From an uncultured virus (IMG/VR IMGVR_UViG_3300034418_003293) (taxonomy: Duplodnaviria; Heunggongvirae; Uroviricota; Caudoviricetes): DNA of 20,000 nucleotides. Below the pieces are notes generated by a model, which searched no databases, had not been told where the DNA came from, and saw nothing but the letters and a program-made list of their open reading frames with translations. Where the stretch lies: the IMG/VR virus record IMGVR_UViG_3300034418_003293, one strand, 5' to 3'. The first letter of the stretch is position 1. Each line of letters opens with the position of its first letter. This document shows positions 16,704 to 20,000 of the stretch, piece by piece. Both the position numbers and the translations under genes were made by a program.

Positions 16704-17643
16704 TGGACAAGATGGTTCTTATCTTACAGAATATCTTTTAAGTCTTGATTACGAAGTACATGGTATTGTCCGTAGACATAGTGTAGCAGAAAATCAAAGT
16801 GCAAGATTAGAAAAATTCTCTGATAAAATTGCCGGTCTTCATTACGGCGATCTATTAGATGTACACTCATTATATGATATCATTAATAAAGTTAAACCAG
16901 ATGAAATCTATAATTTGGCTGCTATGAGTCAAGTTAGAATTTCTTCTGACATCCCCTCTTTTACTATTAAAACAAATTCTCTAGGTGTTTTAAATATGCT
17001 AGAGATTACTAGTAAACTCTGTCCAGAAGCAAAGTTTTATCAAGCATCTTCTAGTGAAATGTTTGGTAACAGTGTAGATGAAGACGGATTTCAAAGACTA
17101 ACAACACCAATGAATCCTGTCAGTCCATACGGCTGTTCTAAAGTTCTTGGTTATAATCTTGTAAGACATTATAGACACGGATATAATATGCTTGCTTGTA
17201 ACGGAATTTTATTCAATCACGAATCTCCTAGACGTGGAACAAACTTTGTAACGAATAAAGTTGTGAAGAACGCTGTTCTAATCAAGAAAAACAAACTCAA
17301 TAAACTTGAGATGGGTAATATGGATAGCAGTCGTGATTGGGGTCATAGTTCTGATTATGTTAGAGCAATGCACAAAATTATTAATCATAGTGATCCAGAC
17401 GATTGGATTGTAGCAACTGGTAAATCCTATACTGTCCGACAAATGTGTGAATATGTCTTTGGCCGACTAGATTTAAATTATGAAGACTTTGTAGTACAAA
17501 ATCCAAAGTATATGAGACCAGAAGAATTGAAATATCTCTGTGGTGATTCAGAAAAAACTAGAAAGATACTAAATTGGAAACCTAATTATACTTTTGAGTT
17601 GATGTTAGAAGAGATGATAGAATATTGGATGGGTAAAACATGA
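16678..17643 (+). CDS. gmd: GDP-mannose 4,6-dehydratase
   Basis: MKALITGISGQDGSYL, YNLAAMSQV, FYQASSSEMFG, SPYGCSK, GILFNHESPRRG..FVT and RDWGH; true start is ATG 16678. Confidence 0.96.
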   Translation: MKALITGISGQDGSYLTEYLLSLDYEVHGIVRRHSVAENQSARLEKFSDKIAGLHYGDLLDVHSLYDIINKVKPDEIYNLAAMSQVRISSDIPSFTIKTNSLGVLNMLEITSKLCPEAKFYQASSSEMFGNSVDEDGFQRLTTPMNPVSPYGCSKVLGYNLVRHYRHGYNMLACNGILFNHESPRRGTNFVTNKVVKNAVLIKKNKLNKLEMGNMDSSRDWGHSSDYVRAMHKIINHSDPDDWIVATGKSYTVRQMCEYVFGRLDLNYEDFVVQNPKYMRPEELKYLCGDSEKTRKILNWKPNYTFELMLEEMIEYWMGKT

Positions 17644-18323
17644 AAATTGTTTTCGCCTGTTGTGATCCCATCTATTTAAAAGAACACGGAGAGGCTTTTG
17701 CTAAGAGTGCGATAAAGAATGGCGAAACACCTTGGATTCATATTCTTTGTGACGAAGAAACGAAACAAGAGATTCTGAATCAGAATTCTTTTGATTGGCA
17801 TATCGGGTGTCATTTTAGTTTTAGTGACATTGAACCAAAAGATCGCATGATGTATGCTTGTTCTAGATTTATAGTTGCTTCTGATATAATTAGACAAGAC
17901 AATGTTTCTGAAATGTTGATTGTTGATATTGATGGATTTCTAAGAAAACCTATTGATTGGGACGATTTTAAAAATTGTGATTATTCAATTTTCACAAGAG
18001 ATCCGTTACCAGGAACAGTAGGATGGGAAAATGAAGGAACCCATGTAGCTGCTGGTGCTATGTATCTGAGAAAGTCGGGTTATAGTTTCATTGATACCGT
18101 GGCACATAATCTCATGGAAAATATCAAAAAACATGGCTGTATTTGGTTTATGGATCAAGTCATTTTGTGGAAAGTTCATCAAAATATAAAAGACTTGAAG
18201 TTTGTTCAGATGCCCTCTAAGTATATTGATTGGGAGTTTAATGAAGACAGTATCATCTGGACTGGCAAAGGTAATCGAAAAAATCAAAAAAACTATCTAG
18301 AGGAACGCAAAAGTGCAAGTTGA
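17640..18323 (+). CDS. Putative GT-A nucleotide-diphospho-sugar transferase
   Basis: YACSRF, DxD motif (LIVDIDG), AAGAMY, WFMDQVIL and IWTGKG. Confidence 0.65.
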   Translation: MKIVFACCDPIYLKEHGEAFAKSAIKNGETPWIHILCDEETKQEILNQNSFDWHIGCHFSFSDIEPKDRMMYACSRFIVASDIIRQDNVSEMLIVDIDGFLRKPIDWDDFKNCDYSIFTRDPLPGTVGWENEGTHVAAGAMYLRKSGYSFIDTVAHNLMENIKKHGCIWFMDQVILWKVHQNIKDLKFVQMPSKYIDWEFNEDSIIWTGKGNRKNQKNYLEERKSAS

Positions 18324-19281
18324 TATATACATGCCTAGACTAGACGTTATGTTTAAAGAAGGTCCTGTTCCAGAACAAAGAGGACCAATCGCTCCAATAC
18401 GAGTCCATTGGATAAAGTTTATTGAACAACTATATAATGCTCATGACGTTTTAAAAGACGACGTAAGAGTCATTGAAGTTCCTTTGTGGCAGATTACGAC
18501 TGAATTTGTAAAAGAACACAGCAAAGACGCTGATGTTTATTATATACCACACAAGATGGAACAAACTTGGTGGTTAGATAATCGTGTTAGATATTATATG
18601 CAGATGGTTATACCACATATCTTTTCTATTGATAGTAAAGGTTGGTGCGCTACTGCTTCATCTTATCCTATGGAAAATCTTAGTAAGAATACTGAAAGAC
18701 ACCATCTATTTGATAGAGTTGATTCTGGTGAGACAAAGTTTGATCAACCTAGTTCAAACGATACAGCTTTATCTTTCAAACCATATGTGTTTTTTCCTTG
18801 TCAGATACCACACGATGAGACTATCATATATCATAGTGACGTGAAAGTAGAAGAAGCTTTGGAGATGACCCTAGATTGGGCTTCAACAACTGCTAAGAAG
18901 GTTGTTATCAAAGGTCATCCTGTCAATCCAGGTTCTATGGAATCTATAAAAAAAGTTGCTAATCGTTATAATTGCGTTTGGGTAGATAATTTCAACATCT
19001 TTGATTTGATAAAAAATAGTGAGATGGTTGTGACTGTAAACAGTGGTGTGGGGTTAGAATCTATCTTAGCCGGCAAGAAAGTTGTCACATTTGGTAGGGC
19101 AGATTATGATACCGTCACATGGAAGGTAAATCCTAAAGAATATCGTGATTCTTTATCTAATGCTTATAACACTGATTGGATTAATTTTGAAAGATACAAT
19201 AAATTCATTCACACTTGGTATGAGACTCATTACGATTATACCAATCCAGAAAGTTTTAAAAAATTAAAAAATTTCTGTTGA
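18313..19281 (+). CDS. KpsS/KpsC-like capsule polysaccharide glycosyltransferase
   Basis: FFPCQIPHD (QxxxD), IKGHP and VTVNSGVGLESILAGKKVVTFGRADY. Confidence 0.8.
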   Translation: MQVDIYMPRLDVMFKEGPVPEQRGPIAPIRVHWIKFIEQLYNAHDVLKDDVRVIEVPLWQITTEFVKEHSKDADVYYIPHKMEQTWWLDNRVRYYMQMVIPHIFSIDSKGWCATASSYPMENLSKNTERHHLFDRVDSGETKFDQPSSNDTALSFKPYVFFPCQIPHDETIIYHSDVKVEEALEMTLDWASTTAKKVVIKGHPVNPGSMESIKKVANRYNCVWVDNFNIFDLIKNSEMVVTVNSGVGLESILAGKKVVTFGRADYDTVTWKVNPKEYRDSLSNAYNTDWINFERYNKFIHTWYETHYDYTNPESFKKLKNFC

Positions 19282-19306
19282 CATTTAATCAGCATGGTAC
19301 TATAAT
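19278..19306 (+). promoter_or_regulatory. Perfect sigma70 consensus promoter TTGACA-N17-TATAAT
   Basis: ttgaca 19278-19283 (overlapping the TGA stop of the KpsS-like gene), tataat 19301-19306. Confidence 0.88.
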
Positions 19307-19383
19307 GATTAAAGTGAGTTCAGTTTCTATGGAGACCTATGTCTTATGAAACGACTGTTTGGGAAATATATAAAGGTAGTATA

Positions 19384-19971
19384 ATGGAAAAGATAATTGT
19401 CGCTGATTGCGACGGTGTACTTCTGAATTGGGAGTACGCTTTTGATTGTTGGATGAATGAACGTGGATTCTTCAAAGGTCCAGAGTCTGATCTCTATTAT
19501 GAGATTGGATCTCGATATGGTCTCACAAAACAACAAGGTAAGAGTTTTATAGCAGAATTCAATCAATCTGCTGCAATTGGTTTTCTACCAGCCCTCCGAG
19601 ATGCCGTTTGGTACGTCAAGCGACTCCATGAAGAACATGGATATGTCTTTGATGTTGTAACCAGTCTCTCTACTGATAAACATGCTGCAATGCTACGTGA
19701 ACGGAATCTTAAGAAGGTTTTCGGCGAGAACACTTTTCGTAATATCATCTGTCTTGCTACTGGTGCTCGAAAAGATAAGTATCTTAAAGAACACTACGAA
19801 GATTCAGGATACATCTGGATTGAAGATAAGGTAGAGAATGCAGACGATGGTCTAGCTGTTGGTATGAAACCTCTTCTAGTAGAACACGGTTTCAATATGA
19901 ATGAAGAGAATCTTTCATATCCAATCGTCAAAAACTGGAAAGAAATTTATGAAAGGGTAGTTACATCATGA
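19384..19971 (+). CDS. HAD-family hydrolase, T4 gp30.2-like 5'(3')-deoxyribonucleotidase-like
   Basis: DCDGVLLNW (DxD motif I), VVTSL and WIEDKVEN. Start is 19384 by family pattern; 19339 is an alternative. Confidence 0.85.
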   Translation: MEKIIVADCDGVLLNWEYAFDCWMNERGFFKGPESDLYYEIGSRYGLTKQQGKSFIAEFNQSAAIGFLPALRDAVWYVKRLHEEHGYVFDVVTSLSTDKHAAMLRERNLKKVFGENTFRNIICLATGARKDKYLKEHYEDSGYIWIEDKVENADDGLAVGMKPLLVEHGFNMNEENLSYPIVKNWKEIYERVVTS

Positions 19972-20000
19972 CTGATATTGATGAAAAATTACTGAAACAA
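19968..20000 (+). CDS. Start of next gene (MTDIDEKLLKQ...), runs off window
   Basis: ATGA overlap with the HAD gene stop; open to the window end. Confidence 0.5.
   Translation, partial: MTDIDEKLLKQ

Noticed and set aside
1..20000. tRNA, CRISPR array, IS element, integrase or stop-codon recoding
   Set aside because: No intergenic room or repeat-spacer pattern seen; known genes are full length in the standard code, with TAA, TGA and TAG all used as stops.

Overview
AT-rich segment of a large T4-like (Tevenvirinae-like, environmental/marine-type) myophage genome. All real genes are on the + strand and tightly packed, with many TAATG/ATGA stop-start overlaps. Four modules run left to right. (1) 1-5466: late, probably virion-associated genes, including an EEVELDE-repeat protein, fibre/Ig-like proteins and conserved T4-like hypotheticals. 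(2) 5424-7147: a lysis-type cassette behind a T4 late promoter, with a small membrane ORF, i-spanin, o-spanin, an unannotated Cys-rich peptide, an apparently truncated membrane gene and a coiled-coil/TM protein. No endolysin is visible in the window. (3) 7160-11531: back-to-back sigma70 promoters, then primase gp61, a 30-aa basic peptide, thyX, class II (B12) ribonucleotide reductase, a Zn-ribbon peptide and a short GIY-YIG nuclease. (4) 11554-19281: an 11-gene glycan synthesis/tailoring cluster: methyltransferase, two PhyH-type 2OG-Fe(II) dioxygenases, cupin, GT11-like, SDR, acetyltransferase, a minimal DegT aminotransferase, Gmd, GT-A-like and KpsS-like transferases. A consensus sigma70 promoter and a T4 30.2-like HAD hydrolase follow. 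The most interesting candidate system is the glycan cluster, whose acceptor (DNA, virion or host surface) is unknown. All calls come from motif recognition by eye; no database searches were run.
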